Shown here one piece after another: positions 10,563 through 19,839 of a DNA stretch of 64,000 nucleotides; the stretch's first letter is position 1; each line of letters begins with the position of its first letter. Source of the DNA: Vulcanimicrobiota bacterium (GTDB taxonomy: Bacteria > Vulcanimicrobiota > Vulcanimicrobiia > Vulcanimicrobiales > Vulcanimicrobiaceae); the NCBI GenBank assembly GCA_963820825.1, contig CAWGBN010000002.1, positions 64,001 through 128,000 on the forward strand. Direction: 5' to 3'. A program made the translations under genes and the position numbers. A model generated the notes under the pieces. It was given only the letters and a program-made list of their open reading frames with translations. It did not search any database and was not told the DNA's origin.

Positions 10563-11263
10563 GTGCCGGTCTCCAGAATCGACTCGAGCCCGATCGTCAA
10601 ACCGCGCCGTTGCACCGCGGCGCGCACCGCGGCGAGCATTCCGGCAACGAACGATTCGCGAGTGAACGAATCGTGGCGAATGGTCAGCAGCTCGCCCGGT
10701 CCGCCGAAGAGCACCTCGTGATGCGCGAGCAGGCCGGTCAGCCGCACGCTATGAATCGCCGGCGCTGCGCCGGTGACGCGCTCGATTCGCGCCTCGAGCT
10801 CGCGCGCCGTTCCCGACGGTTTGTCTTTCTTTGCGGCGTGATGGAGCTCGACGATCTCCGCATCGGGAAAGAACCGCGCCGCCTCTTGGGCGAAGCGCAT
10901 CATCAACATCGCGCCGAGCGAGAAGTTCGGTACCAGGATCGCGCCGACGCCGCGATCTTCGGCGATCGTACGCAGGGCGTCGCGCTGCTCGTCGCTCCAC
11001 CCGCTTGCGCCGATCACGACGCAGCAGCCGCGTTCCACCGCGGCAAGCGAAATCTCGTAACTTGCCGGCTGCGTCGTCAGATCGAGAATGACGTCGGGCT
11101 TACGCGCGAGCACCGCATCGAGCGAATCGAGGACGTCGAGCTCGGGAACGCTTGCACGCGCGAGACCGCAACAATACTCCCCGCTGCCTTGCAACGCTTC
11201 GCGTGCGACCGTACCCATACGGCCGAGCGCACCCGCAACCGCAACTCGTAATTGTTGAGCCAC
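10559..11263 (-). CDS. dapB: 4-hydroxy-tetrahydrodipicolinate reductase
   Basis: GALGRMG, PNFSLG, ELHH..KKDKPSGTA, IRHD. Confidence 0.95.
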   Translation of the reverse strand: MAQQLRVAVAGALGRMGTVAREALQGSGEYCCGLARASVPELDVLDSLDAVLARKPDVILDLTTQPASYEISLAAVERGCCVVIGASGWSDEQRDALRTIAEDRGVGAILVPNFSLGAMLMMRFAQEAARFFPDAEIVELHHAAKKDKPSGTARELEARIERVTGAAPAIHSVRLTGLLAHHEVLFGGPGELLTIRHDSFTRESFVAGMLAAVRAAVQRRGLTIGLESILETGT

Positions 11264-11290
11264 CCTGTTCCTTAGCCGGGGATGACGGCG

Positions 11291-13453
11291 CTAAATTTTC
11301 TCGAGCGGCGCGTACTTGAGCATGAGCATTTTCTGCCCAACGTTCGGAAAGTCGATCGTCACGAGCCCGTCGCCGCCCGCCCCGACGATGCCGTCGATCC
11401 GTCCTTCGCCCCATTTTGGATGGCGTACGCGATCGCCGGCCTTGAGGCCGAGATGAACGCCCGCGCCGGCCGATTCGTGGATCGCGACCTCGCGCCAGCG
11501 ACCGCCCGAGGGTCGCGGAAGCGGCACGCTCCCGCTCTCGAGGATCTCGAGCGAGGGAATCTCTTCGAGAAAGCGCGACTTCGGATAGGCGTACGTGTTT
11601 CCGAAGAGCGCGCGCCGCGCCGCGTAGGTCAGGAAGATCCGCTCGATGGCGCGGGTGATGCCGACGTAGGCGAGCCGGCGTTCCTCTTCCAACTCGGCGG
11701 GCTCGGTGAGCGTGCGGCTGTGCGGGAAGACGCCCTCTTCGAGTCCGGTGAGAAAGACGCTCGGGAACTCCAAGCCCTTGGCACTGTGCAGCGTCATGAG
11801 CGTGACGTACGATGCGTCGTCGTCGAGCGAATCGAGATCGCTGACGAGCGCGATGTTGGCAAGAAATCCGGCGAGCGAGGGCGCGTCGTCGTTCGCTTCG
11901 TATTCGCGCGCCACGCCGACGAGCTCGGAGAGATTCTCGAGCCGCGCGCGGGCTTCGTGCGTATCCTCGGCTTGCAGTTCGCGGACGTATCCGGAGCGTT
12001 CCATCACCGCGACGAGCACGTCGGCGACGCCGCCGGTCTCGGCGATGCGGCGCAGCTCGTTGATGAGCTCGGCGAAACGCTCGAGCTCCTTGAGCTTCTT
12101 CGGCACCGCCGCGCGCAAGAGGTCGCTGCTGAAGATTGCCTCGCCCACGGAGACGCGCGACGCATTTGCCGCCTGCACTAACGCTGCGAGGGTCTGCTGC
12201 CCGATGCCGCGGCGCGGCACGTTGACGATTCGCTTGAAAGCGAGTGCGTCGGACGAGTTCACGATATAGCGCAGATAGGCGACGACGTCTTTGATTTCGG
12301 TTCGCGCGTAGAACCCGACGCCGCCGACGACGCGGTAGGGAATACCTTCGGCGAGCAGCGCCTCTTCGAAGACGCGCGATTGGGCGTTGGTGCGATAGAG
12401 GACGACGAAGTCGCGATAGGCCGCGCCGTCGCGAACCATGCTCTTGACCTTCTCGACGACGTAGCGTGCTTCGTCGCGCTCGGTCGCAGCCGGATAGACC
12501 GTGATCGCCTCGCCCTCACCGCGCGAGGTGAAGAGGCGCTTGGGCGCGCGAGAACGATTGTTGGCGACCAGACTATTCGCCGCTTCGAGAATGCGTCCGG
12601 TGCTGCGATAGTTCTCTTCGAGCTTGAAGGTCTTGGCGCCGGGGAAGTCCTCCTCGAAGCGCAGGATCATCCGGTAGTCGCTGCCGCGCCACGAATAGAT
12701 CGACTGGTCGTCGTCGCCGACGACGGTCACGTTGCCGTGATAGCCGCCGAGCAACGCGATTAGCCGGTATTGGGCCGCGTTGACGTCCTGATACTCGTCG
12801 ACCAGCACGTATTCGAAGCGGTGCTGGTATTTTTCGCGGGTCTCTTTGTCGCGCTCGAGCAGATCGATCGTGCGAACGATCAGATCGTCGAAGTCCAGTG
12901 AGTTCGACTCGGCGAGACGGCGCTGATATTCGGTGTAGACGTTGGCGATGCGCTCGCCGGCGAAGGACGTTTGGCTCTCGGCGTATTGCTCCGGCCAGAT
13001 CAAAGCGTTCTTGGCTTTGTCGATCTCGGCCAGACAGGCGCTGGGCGCAAGATGGCGCTCGTCGTAGTCGAGATCGTCGAGGATCTCTTTGACGAGTTGG
13101 CGCTGATCGGTGTCGTCGATGATCGCAAAGCTACGTCCGATGCCGATGCGCGATCCGTCGCGGCGCAGAATGCGCACGCACATCGAATGAAACGTTCCAA
13201 CCCAAAGATCGCGCGCGACCGCTCCTACCATCGTCTGCAAGCGCGATTTCATTTCGCCGGCCGCTTTGTTCGTAAAGGTTACGGCGAGAATGCGCTCGGG
13301 CGCGACGCGCAAATCGTCGAGAAGGTGGGCGATGCGATGCGTTAAAACTCGCGTCTTCCCGCTCCCGGCACCGGCAAAAATCAACACCGGACCATCGGTC
13401 TGCCGAACGGCGGCGGATTGCGCGTCGTTGAGAATTTCCGTTTCCAGGAGCAT
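11291..13453 (-). CDS. pcrA: ATP-dependent DNA helicase PcrA/UvrD
   Basis: AGAGSGKT, VDEYQD, GDDDQSIYSWRG, TLHSAKGLEF, EERRLAYVGITRA, C-terminal Tudor-like domain. Confidence 0.96.
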   Translation of the reverse strand: MLLETEILNDAQSAAVRQTDGPVLIFAGAGSGKTRVLTHRIAHLLDDLRVAPERILAVTFTNKAAGEMKSRLQTMVGAVARDLWVGTFHSMCVRILRRDGSRIGIGRSFAIIDDTDQRQLVKEILDDLDYDERHLAPSACLAEIDKAKNALIWPEQYAESQTSFAGERIANVYTEYQRRLAESNSLDFDDLIVRTIDLLERDKETREKYQHRFEYVLVDEYQDVNAAQYRLIALLGGYHGNVTVVGDDDQSIYSWRGSDYRMILRFEEDFPGAKTFKLEENYRSTGRILEAANSLVANNRSRAPKRLFTSRGEGEAITVYPAATERDEARYVVEKVKSMVRDGAAYRDFVVLYRTNAQSRVFEEALLAEGIPYRVVGGVGFYARTEIKDVVAYLRYIVNSSDALAFKRIVNVPRRGIGQQTLAALVQAANASRVSVGEAIFSSDLLRAAVPKKLKELERFAELINELRRIAETGGVADVLVAVMERSGYVRELQAEDTHEARARLENLSELVGVAREYEANDDAPSLAGFLANIALVSDLDSLDDDASYVTLMTLHSAKGLEFPSVFLTGLEEGVFPHSRTLTEPAELEEERRLAYVGITRAIERIFLTYAARRALFGNTYAYPKSRFLEEIPSLEILESGSVPLPRPSGGRWREVAIHESAGAGVHLGLKAGDRVRHPKWGEGRIDGIVGAGGDGLVTIDFPNVGQKMLMLKYAPLEKI

Positions 13454-13518
13454 TTCATAGCGTTTCGCCGAGGGGCTCGCCCCGGCCTGTGCTCGGCGTG
13501 CATCCGAACCGGAGCCTG

Positions 13519-13550
13519 TCCTGAGCGAGCGGAGCGAGCCGAAGGATGCG
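13519..13550 (+). repeat. REP-like intergenic imperfect palindrome, copy 1
   Basis: TCCTGAGCGAGCGGAGCGAGCCGAAGGATGCG; shares TCCTGAGCG...CGAAGGATGCG with 17071-17134. Confidence 0.6.
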
Positions 13551-13567
13551 ACGTTTGGCGCAGGTGC

Positions 13568-14646
13568 TTAGCGCACGGCGCGAAGCACCCGAGCTCGGCG
13601 AGCGGCCATCGCATAGGCTGCCGCGAGCAGCGCCAGCGTCGATTCGGCGCCCATATTGCGATTGACGGCCGCTTCGTCCAGGCCGTCGTAGCATCCGCCG
13701 CCGTTGCGCCATCATCTCGCGCCCGCGAGTTCTTGCCGTAGTACCAATGCCAGGCCAAGCTCGGCCATAGCCACGTGGCCGGCTTCGCCGGTCGCGATCG
13801 AAGGCGGCGAGCTCGGCGTCGACCAGCGCGCACGCCTCGAGCGGCTGCTGCGTGTACCGCGCACGCGTGGCCGCCGCGTGGTACCAGCCGTCGTTCCCGA
13901 TCGGTACGAAGATGCCGTCTTCGATCGTCACGCCCTCGTAAAATGCGCAGCGTCGCGATTCCGGCGTCGCCGTAGCGCGGCGTCTCCGAGGACGTGCCCG
14001 GCCCGAATCAGCGCTTCGGGCAGGCGCGCGTTGTCGTAGGTCATGACGTTCTCGAACCATCGCCACTCGTCGGGTCGCCGTCGCTTCGTAGGCGCCGAGC
14101 GAATCTCATCGGCGAGGTAACGCAGCGACTCGGCGTACTTCGGTTCGTCGAGCGCCCCCTGCGCGTGCGCGAAGCCGATCGCGGCGTAGGCGCGCGAGCG
14201 AATGTACTCAAGTTCCGTCAGCGAGGGTACCGATCGATCGAGCAGCGTGCGCGCAGACGCGCCGCCACGTCTCGGTCGGCGCGTTGGCGGCGCCGTACCC
14301 GAGCGCCCACATCGCCCGTCCGCAGCTATCGTGCGTTCCGACCTCGTCGAGCCAGGTGCGGTCGTAACTCATGAAGTTGTGGAAGCGGCCGTCGTCGAGC
14401 TGCGCGTGCTGCAGGAATGCGAGATACGTTGAGGCCAGCCGCTGACCCACGCTTGTCGCGAGGGATTCAGGCGCGCAGTGTGCGAGCACGACCATAAAGG
14501 CGCGCGCTACGTCGTCGGTGCAGTATCCGAATCGCGCGATTGGGCACGTTCTCGCTGCGCGTGCTGCATGATGCCGATGTCGTCGGACAGCACGGCGACG
14601 TGATCGAGCGGCGGCAGCGGCGCGCCGTGCGGGCTTTGGAAGTTCC
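13568..14646 (-). pseudogene. Glycosyltransferase-associated alpha/alpha-barrel protein, frameshifted in this sequence
   Basis: Fragments across frames: LDHVAVLSDDIGIMQHA, FHNFMSYDRTWLDE..DSCGRAMWALG, PIGNDGWY, QQPLEA, NMGAEST; start approximate. Confidence 0.7.
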
Positions 14647-15828
14647 CTAGGCAGACGACACCAGTTCGAGCGAGTCCGGCGGCGACAGAGCTCGTCGAAC
14701 AGCGTTGCCGTATTCGACGGCGACGTGCGGCCACGTCATTTGCCGGCCGAAACGATACGCGCGGCGTTCGGTCGCGCGCCGCAGGGCCGGATCGTCGAGC
14801 AGCATGTTCAGTCCCGCCGCGATCGAGGCCGCGTCGCGGAACTCGCACAGGAATCCGCGGTTGTGCGCGAGCAGTTCCTGCGCGTAGAGGTACGGCGTCG
14901 AAACGATCGCCTTGCCGCAGCCGACGGCATACGCCAGCGTGCCGCTGACGATCTGCGCCGGGTTGAGGTACGGCGTGAGGTAGATGTCGGTTGCGGCGAG
15001 ATAGCTCACGAGTTCGTCGAAGTCGAGGTATTTGTCGACGAGCTGCACGTTGTAGTGCAGGCCGTACTCGCGGACCATCTGCTTGCAGCGATTCGCGATA
15101 CGACTCGCCTTCCCGCCGGCGCACGACCGGATGCGTCTCGCCTAAAATGAGGTAGAGCGCTTCGGGATGACGCTTGACGACGCTCGCGCATCGCTTCGAT
15201 CGCGTATTCCAGACCCTTGCCGCGGCTGATCAGCCCGAAGGTCGAGATCACGGTTCGCTGACCGATGCCGAACGACGCTTTCGCTGCGTGACGGTGTCTT
15301 GAAACGGCACGTCGGGCACACCGTGATGGATCGTCTCGAAGCGTCGCGGGTCGATGCCGTAGACGCTTTCGAGCAGACCGCGTCCGGTTTCGGAAAGCGC
15401 GACGACCTTGCGCCGCGTTTTCGCAGAGCTCGCGGGTGACGCGCAGCATGGTTTCGTCGGGCTCGGGCAGCACGGTGTGCATCGTCACGACGACCGGCTT
15501 TTCGAGCGCGCGCATGAAATCGACGAGCCACTCGCCGCGTTCGCCGCCGAAGAGCCCGTACTCGTGCTGAACGTTGACGAGATCGACCGGATTCCGTTGA
15601 CGAAGTCGCGCGGCTGCCGTAGCTGGAGCGATCTTCTTCCGCGATGCGGCCGACGACTTCGGGACCGATAGCGGCGCATCTCGGCGCCCGGCTCGTCGAT
15701 GGCGATGACCTGGACTCGAGACGCCGAAGGCGCGATCGTACGAGTCGACGACGTCCTTGGTAAACGTGGCAATCCCGCACTCACGCGGGTGGATACGAAC
15801 CCAAGAATAACGCGCGCGGCGGCAACAT
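14647..15828 (-). pseudogene. GT4 family glycosyltransferase, frameshifted in this sequence
   Basis: GSYPPRECGIATFT, QHEYGLFGG, TFGLISRGKGLE, TPYLNPAQIVSGTLAYA spread over several frames. Confidence 0.8.
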
Positions 15829-15908
15829 GTCGGCGATGGACTCCCTTCCACTTATTGAACTTCAGTGTACCCGCCGCAAAGATGCGAGGTAAACCGAACG
15901 TCCGCTTG

Positions 15909-17002
15909 CTAGCCTGCGTGCTTTTTCGGCGGCGAGGGCCCAGGCGAGCCCCTGCTTCCAAGACCGGCGCCCGGATCGATGGTTACGTCGTGCCCGATTA
16001 CGCTGCCCTTGGCGACGTGCGCCTTCCGGGCCGATGGTCACTCCGCTGGCGACGATCGCTTCTCTATATGGCGCCGGCGCCGACGCTGACGCGCTCCCAC
16101 AGCACCGATTCGCGGACGACGGCGCTCGCGCCGACGCTGCAGCCCTGCCCGAGGACGACGTTCGGCCCGATCTGTGGCGCTCGCATCGACGACGACGTCG
16201 TCGGCGGCGTGGACCGGCGGGATCACGCCGGGATGGCCGCTGCAGGGCCGTCGCCGCCGTCGCCGGTGAGCCCCGGCTCGAGCTTGAGCGGCATCGCGCC
16301 GCTGAGCATGTCGCGGTGGGCGGCAAGATACTGTTCGGGCCGGCCGAGATCGATCCAGTAGTCGCTGGTGGTGTAGGCGTAGAGCGCTTTCCCGTCTGCG
16401 ATGACCTCGCGGAAACGTTCGCGCTCGATCGAGACGTTGCGTCCCGGCGGGATGCCTTCGAGGATCTCGAGTTCGAGCAGGTACGTGCCGGCGTTGATTT
16501 CGTTGGTCGGCTCCTGCCTTCCGGCGGCTTCTCGACGAACGCGCTGACTGCGGCCGTTGGCGTCGTGGACGACGCAGCCGAACGCCGACGGATCGTCGAC
16601 CGGGATGAGATGCAGCGTGCCGATGCCGCCCTTCTCTTCGTGGATACTCGCAGCATCGCGCGCAGGTCGAGGCTCGTGAGCATGTCGCCGTTGAGCACGA
16701 AGAATGGTCCGGTAATGTGCTGCTCGACGTTCTTGATCGCGCCGGCCGTGCCGAGCGGCGTCTCCTCGATCACGTAGGTGATCTTCATGTCGAGCCGCGA
16801 CGCCGTCGCCGAAGTAATCGACGATCGCCTGCGGCATGTAGCCGGCCGGCAGAATCACGTCGCGGATCCCCGCCTCGTACAGCCGCTCCATCGTGCGGGC
16901 GAGGAACGGCACGTTCATGATCGGCACCATCGGCTTCGGCGTGCCGTAGGTCAGCGGCCGCAGCCGCGTCCCCTCGCCGCCGACCAGAACGATCGCCTGC
17001 AT
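15909..17002 (-). pseudogene. NDP-sugar pyrophosphorylase (second paralog), frameshifted in this sequence
   Basis: MQAIVLVGGEGTRLRPLT..PKPMVP, PLGTAGAIKN, FVEKP, INAGTY, YWIDLG in alternating frames. Confidence 0.8.
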
Positions 17003-17070
17003 CTCGCAATAGGTTTTCTACGGCATTGCCGGCCGCCTTTCGCCGCCACGGCGCCCTGGGCCGAACGTGG

Positions 17071-17134
17071 TGTCATCCTGAGCGAAGCGAGCGCAGCGAG
17101 CGGAGTCGAAGGACCGAGCTTGTCGAAGGATGCG
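17071..17134 (+). repeat. REP-like intergenic imperfect palindrome, copy 2 (compound)
   Basis: TGTCATCCTGAGCGAAGCGAGCGCAGCGAGCGGAGTCGAAGGA followed by CCGAGCTTGTCGAAGGATGCG. Confidence 0.65.
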
Positions 17135-17149
17135 CATCGCGTCTATGCA

Positions 17150-17171
17150 CGGTGCCATACAGTTGGCACCG
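17150..17171. promoter_or_regulatory. Perfect inverted repeat (candidate operator) upstream of HNH gene
   Basis: CGGTGCCA-tacagt-TGGCACCG; followed by -10-like TAGCAT (17180-17185) 6 nt before ATG. Confidence 0.45.
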
Positions 17172-17191
17172 CGTTTCCTTAGCATTAGCGC

Positions 17192-17788
17192 ATGGCAAAG
17201 AAACGATACGATTGGAACGCGGTGCAAGCATATCACGATGCCGGGCACGGCTTTGTCGAGTGCTCAAAGCAGTTTGGATTCACGCATACGGCTTGGATCA
17301 AGGCGATTAGACGCGGCGCGTTGAGCCTCGAGCCGTCGCTGTTCCGTGATCGCCGTAGGAAATATAACTGGTCGGACGTGCAAGCGTACTACGATGCCGG
17401 CTTCAGTTACCAACAGACCAAGAATCGATTTGGATTCTGTAATGCGGCATGGACAAAGGCCGTGCTACGCCGCGAAATTAGACCGCGTAACGCAGCAAAG
17501 TCGATCGACGCAGTATTAGGCTCGAGATCTTCGCGATGGCTCAAGAAGGCAAAGCTGCTTCGAGAAAGGCACCTTTCGAACGAGTGCTCCGTTTGTGGGA
17601 TAACCGAGTGGCGCGGCCAGCGTCTAGCAATCCAAATCGATCACATTAACGGCGTCAAGAATGATTGGCGCATCGAAAACCTCCGAATGCTATGCCCCAA
17701 CTGCCATAGCCAGACTCCAACATACGGCGGGCTCAATGCCAGGCGGGTCCGGCTGGTTGCAAGAACCGACGCGCTCATTGTAGTATAA
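17192..17788 (+). CDS. HNH endonuclease with two N-terminal tandem repeats
   Basis: CSVCG..W.G..L.IQIDHINGVKNDWRIENLRMLCPNCHSQT; repeats YDWNAVQAYHDAG..FGF..AWIKAI and YNWSDVQAYYDAG..FGF..AWTKAV. Confidence 0.92.
   Translation: MAKKRYDWNAVQAYHDAGHGFVECSKQFGFTHTAWIKAIRRGALSLEPSLFRDRRRKYNWSDVQAYYDAGFSYQQTKNRFGFCNAAWTKAVLRREIRPRNAAKSIDAVLGSRSSRWLKKAKLLRERHLSNECSVCGITEWRGQRLAIQIDHINGVKNDWRIENLRMLCPNCHSQTPTYGGLNARRVRLVARTDALIVV
17757..17786 (+). promoter_or_regulatory. Candidate sigma70 promoter for tRNA operon, inside HNH 3' end
   Basis: TTGCAA-N18-TAGTAT, 14 nt upstream of tRNA-Gln. Confidence 0.5.
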
Positions 17789-17800
17789 CGGTCGCTACGA

Positions 17801-17876
17801 TCCCGGGTAGTTCAGCTGGAAGAACGGCGGCCTCTGAAGCCGCATGTCGGTGGTTCGAGCCCATCCCCGGGAGCCA
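17801..17876 (+). tRNA. tRNA-Gln(CTG)
   Basis: Acceptor TCCCGGG/CCCGGGA, anticodon arm GCGGC-CTCTGAA-GCCGC, T-loop TTCGAGC, G73, encoded CCA. Confidence 0.95.
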
Positions 17877-17878
17877 GC

Positions 17879-17954
17879 GGCCCCATCATCTAGAGGCCTA
17901 GGATGCCGCCCTCTCACGGCGGTAACGCGGGTTCGAATCCCGCTGGGGCTACCA
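17879..17954 (+). tRNA. tRNA-Glu(CTC)
   Basis: Acceptor GGCCCCA/TGGGGCT, anticodon arm CCGCC-CTCTCAC-GGCGG, T-arm GCGGG-TTCGAAT-CCCGC, encoded CCA. Confidence 0.96.
17932..17951 (+). repeat. attL core (3' end of tRNA-Glu)
   Basis: TTCGAATCCCGCTGGGGCTA, identical to 24869-24888. Confidence 0.92.
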
Positions 17955-17998
17955 TCAAACCCTTTTGCTAGCAGGTTGTTGCGCTCCTATGAAAGCAC

Positions 17999-18020
17999 CG
18001 GTTGCCATTCGGTTGCCGTC
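17999..18020 (+). repeat. Integrase arm-type site pair (left)
   Basis: CGGTTGCCATTCGGTTGCCGTC; 20/22 identical to 24740-24761. Confidence 0.75.
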
Positions 18021-18028
18021 TCGCGCCA

Positions 18029-19086
18029 TTAAGGGACCTGTCCGATGCGTCCCGGCGCGATTCGCCTGTAGATGTCAGCCTGAACGCGATCCGGTAGTTC
18101 TCCTGGAACGAGCCATCCCGCTTCATAGCCTGCTAGCACGAGGTTCTTTATTTCCCCTAGGGTAAAGCGAACTGCGGTCCCTCGCTTCGCAAATTGATAT
18201 GCCAAGGTCTGGGCCTCCACAATACCTACACCGCTAATCCCTCGGTGCCAATCCGCGCCCGAAGGATCCGGCACATCGGCGCGGGTCGCTTCGATCGCTG
18301 TCGCCGAGCTCTACAGCTCTGAAACTGCGAGCAACTGCCGTGCCTTTAGTCCCTCATAGTCTGCGGCCGCTTGCGCGCACGCGGCCCTTGCGATATCCGA
18401 TTCACCTCAAGGGCGAAATCGGTAACTTCGTGATCTTATTCTTGAAACGACGATAGGCCTCGCGACGCACGTCATCTGCGGATGTCGAAGACGCGCTATG
18501 CTCAAAGTCGCTCGACCTGAGGATCCGTATCTGAGAGGCACGTTTGCGGTTCATCAAGGCCTGCGGCGTCCCTAATCGGGGGCTGCCCTAAACTCGATCA
18601 GCTCCTGGGCTTCTTTTGCTGCCTTGCGTAACCTATTGTTTGCGCTGTTCTGCGCAAGTTCGCCGAGGAAGGAAGTTACCGACCTCGCCCCGCCACCGAG
18701 GGGCGTAACGGAAAGCGCCTATATCAAGTCTTCAAACGATGCACGATTGTCCTCCTCCGGGACGACAGCACGGAGAACTTCGCGGATATGTTCGCTACTC
18801 AGGCTACCAAAACGCCAGCAAGCGACTGTGCGAAGTCGTGCGACTCCTGATAACTATCCTTCGCCCAATCAGCGCAGCCCGGCTGAAGCCAATGAAAGCT
18901 ATTGTTATTTCTACATTGGGCGACGACGAAAAGCAATACTCTCCGAGCAGTTTAGTCTTCGTGGTTACGAAATAACCAGGATCGGCAAAAGTTCGCGCCG
19001 GCTCAGGCTGTTCCCCGCCACGTAGACCGGGGTAGCGTAACCTGTGAACGAGGCGTCAGGCGAAACTCATTGATCGTGAGCGTCAT
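18029..19086 (-). pseudogene. Hypothetical helical (HEAT-like) protein, disrupted in this sequence
   Basis: ATG at 19086 directly after the upstream stop; coding-like fragments (EHIREVLRAVV, RLRKAAKEAQELI, DDVRREAYRRF, DIARAACAQAAA) broken by indels and TAGs. Confidence 0.4.
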
Positions 19087-19087
19087 C

Positions 19088-19690
19088 TTATGTGGACCTA
19101 TTTGTGATCAGGTACGGTGTCATCGGCTGCAAGCTGGCTTTTCTGGCTTCTGGTTTTTCGAGACTCCGTTGCAGCGCAGAAATAAGAGCTCTAACTTCGT
19201 ACTCATCAAGACGACTAGAAGTTGCGGTGCTCGCGGCTACCTTTTCACGCTGATATTCGAGCTGTAATTGGTGCAGTATGACGTAGGCCGAGGGCCCTAG
19301 CGCGATGTTGTCCCCGATCCCCGGACGGAGGTCCGTGATCGTTTGAGCCGAGATGAAGTTTCGCTCGTTACTTATCAGTAGTGCGAGCGCTTTTCCAAGG
19401 GTCGCAAGCGGGCCAATCGCTTGCGCGGCGGCAAGCCGCGCCCGAAAAGTCTCCTGGCTCTGATCACGCAACTCCGAGAGTGCTCCAGAAAAGGCGAGCG
19501 TTTCTACGAGGTTGTCGATCAAGGCGCTTTTGGCAGCCGGATCAGGAGCCTGTAATGCATATAATGCGTGAAACACTTGGACCGCCTCGGGCCCGGTGGT
19601 TACAAGCGACTTCACGATCCTAGTCACTAGGGGGTGACTAAGAAGGTCGGGCTATATTGTTTTTCGAATGCGTTGAAACGGCGCTGACAT
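19088..19690 (-). CDS. Conserved hypothetical protein, COMM-domain-like (N-terminus disrupted)
   Basis: KALALLISNERNFISAQTITDLRP..P.AYVILHQLQLEY..LDEYEVRALISALQRSLEK; ATG at 19690. Confidence 0.6.
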
Positions 19691-19839
19691 AGGCGGCACT
19701 TAGGTTCCCGAACCCAAGCAAACCAGCGCGTACCGATCGTCAATATTTAGAAGAGCCAAACGCCGCCCCCACGCCTATCGGAGGTCCCCAAACCAAAGCA
19801 CACCTCTCAATATTGAGGCTCCGAGCGACATTTCCTACT

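Noticed and set aside
18311..19654. Three in-frame TAG codons (18311, 18719, 19652) in element cargo, suggesting amber recoding
   Set aside because: The same genes also need frameshifts, TAG serves as a normal stop nearby, and the adjacent tRNA-Gln has a CTG rather than CTA anticodon; sequence error or decay is simpler.
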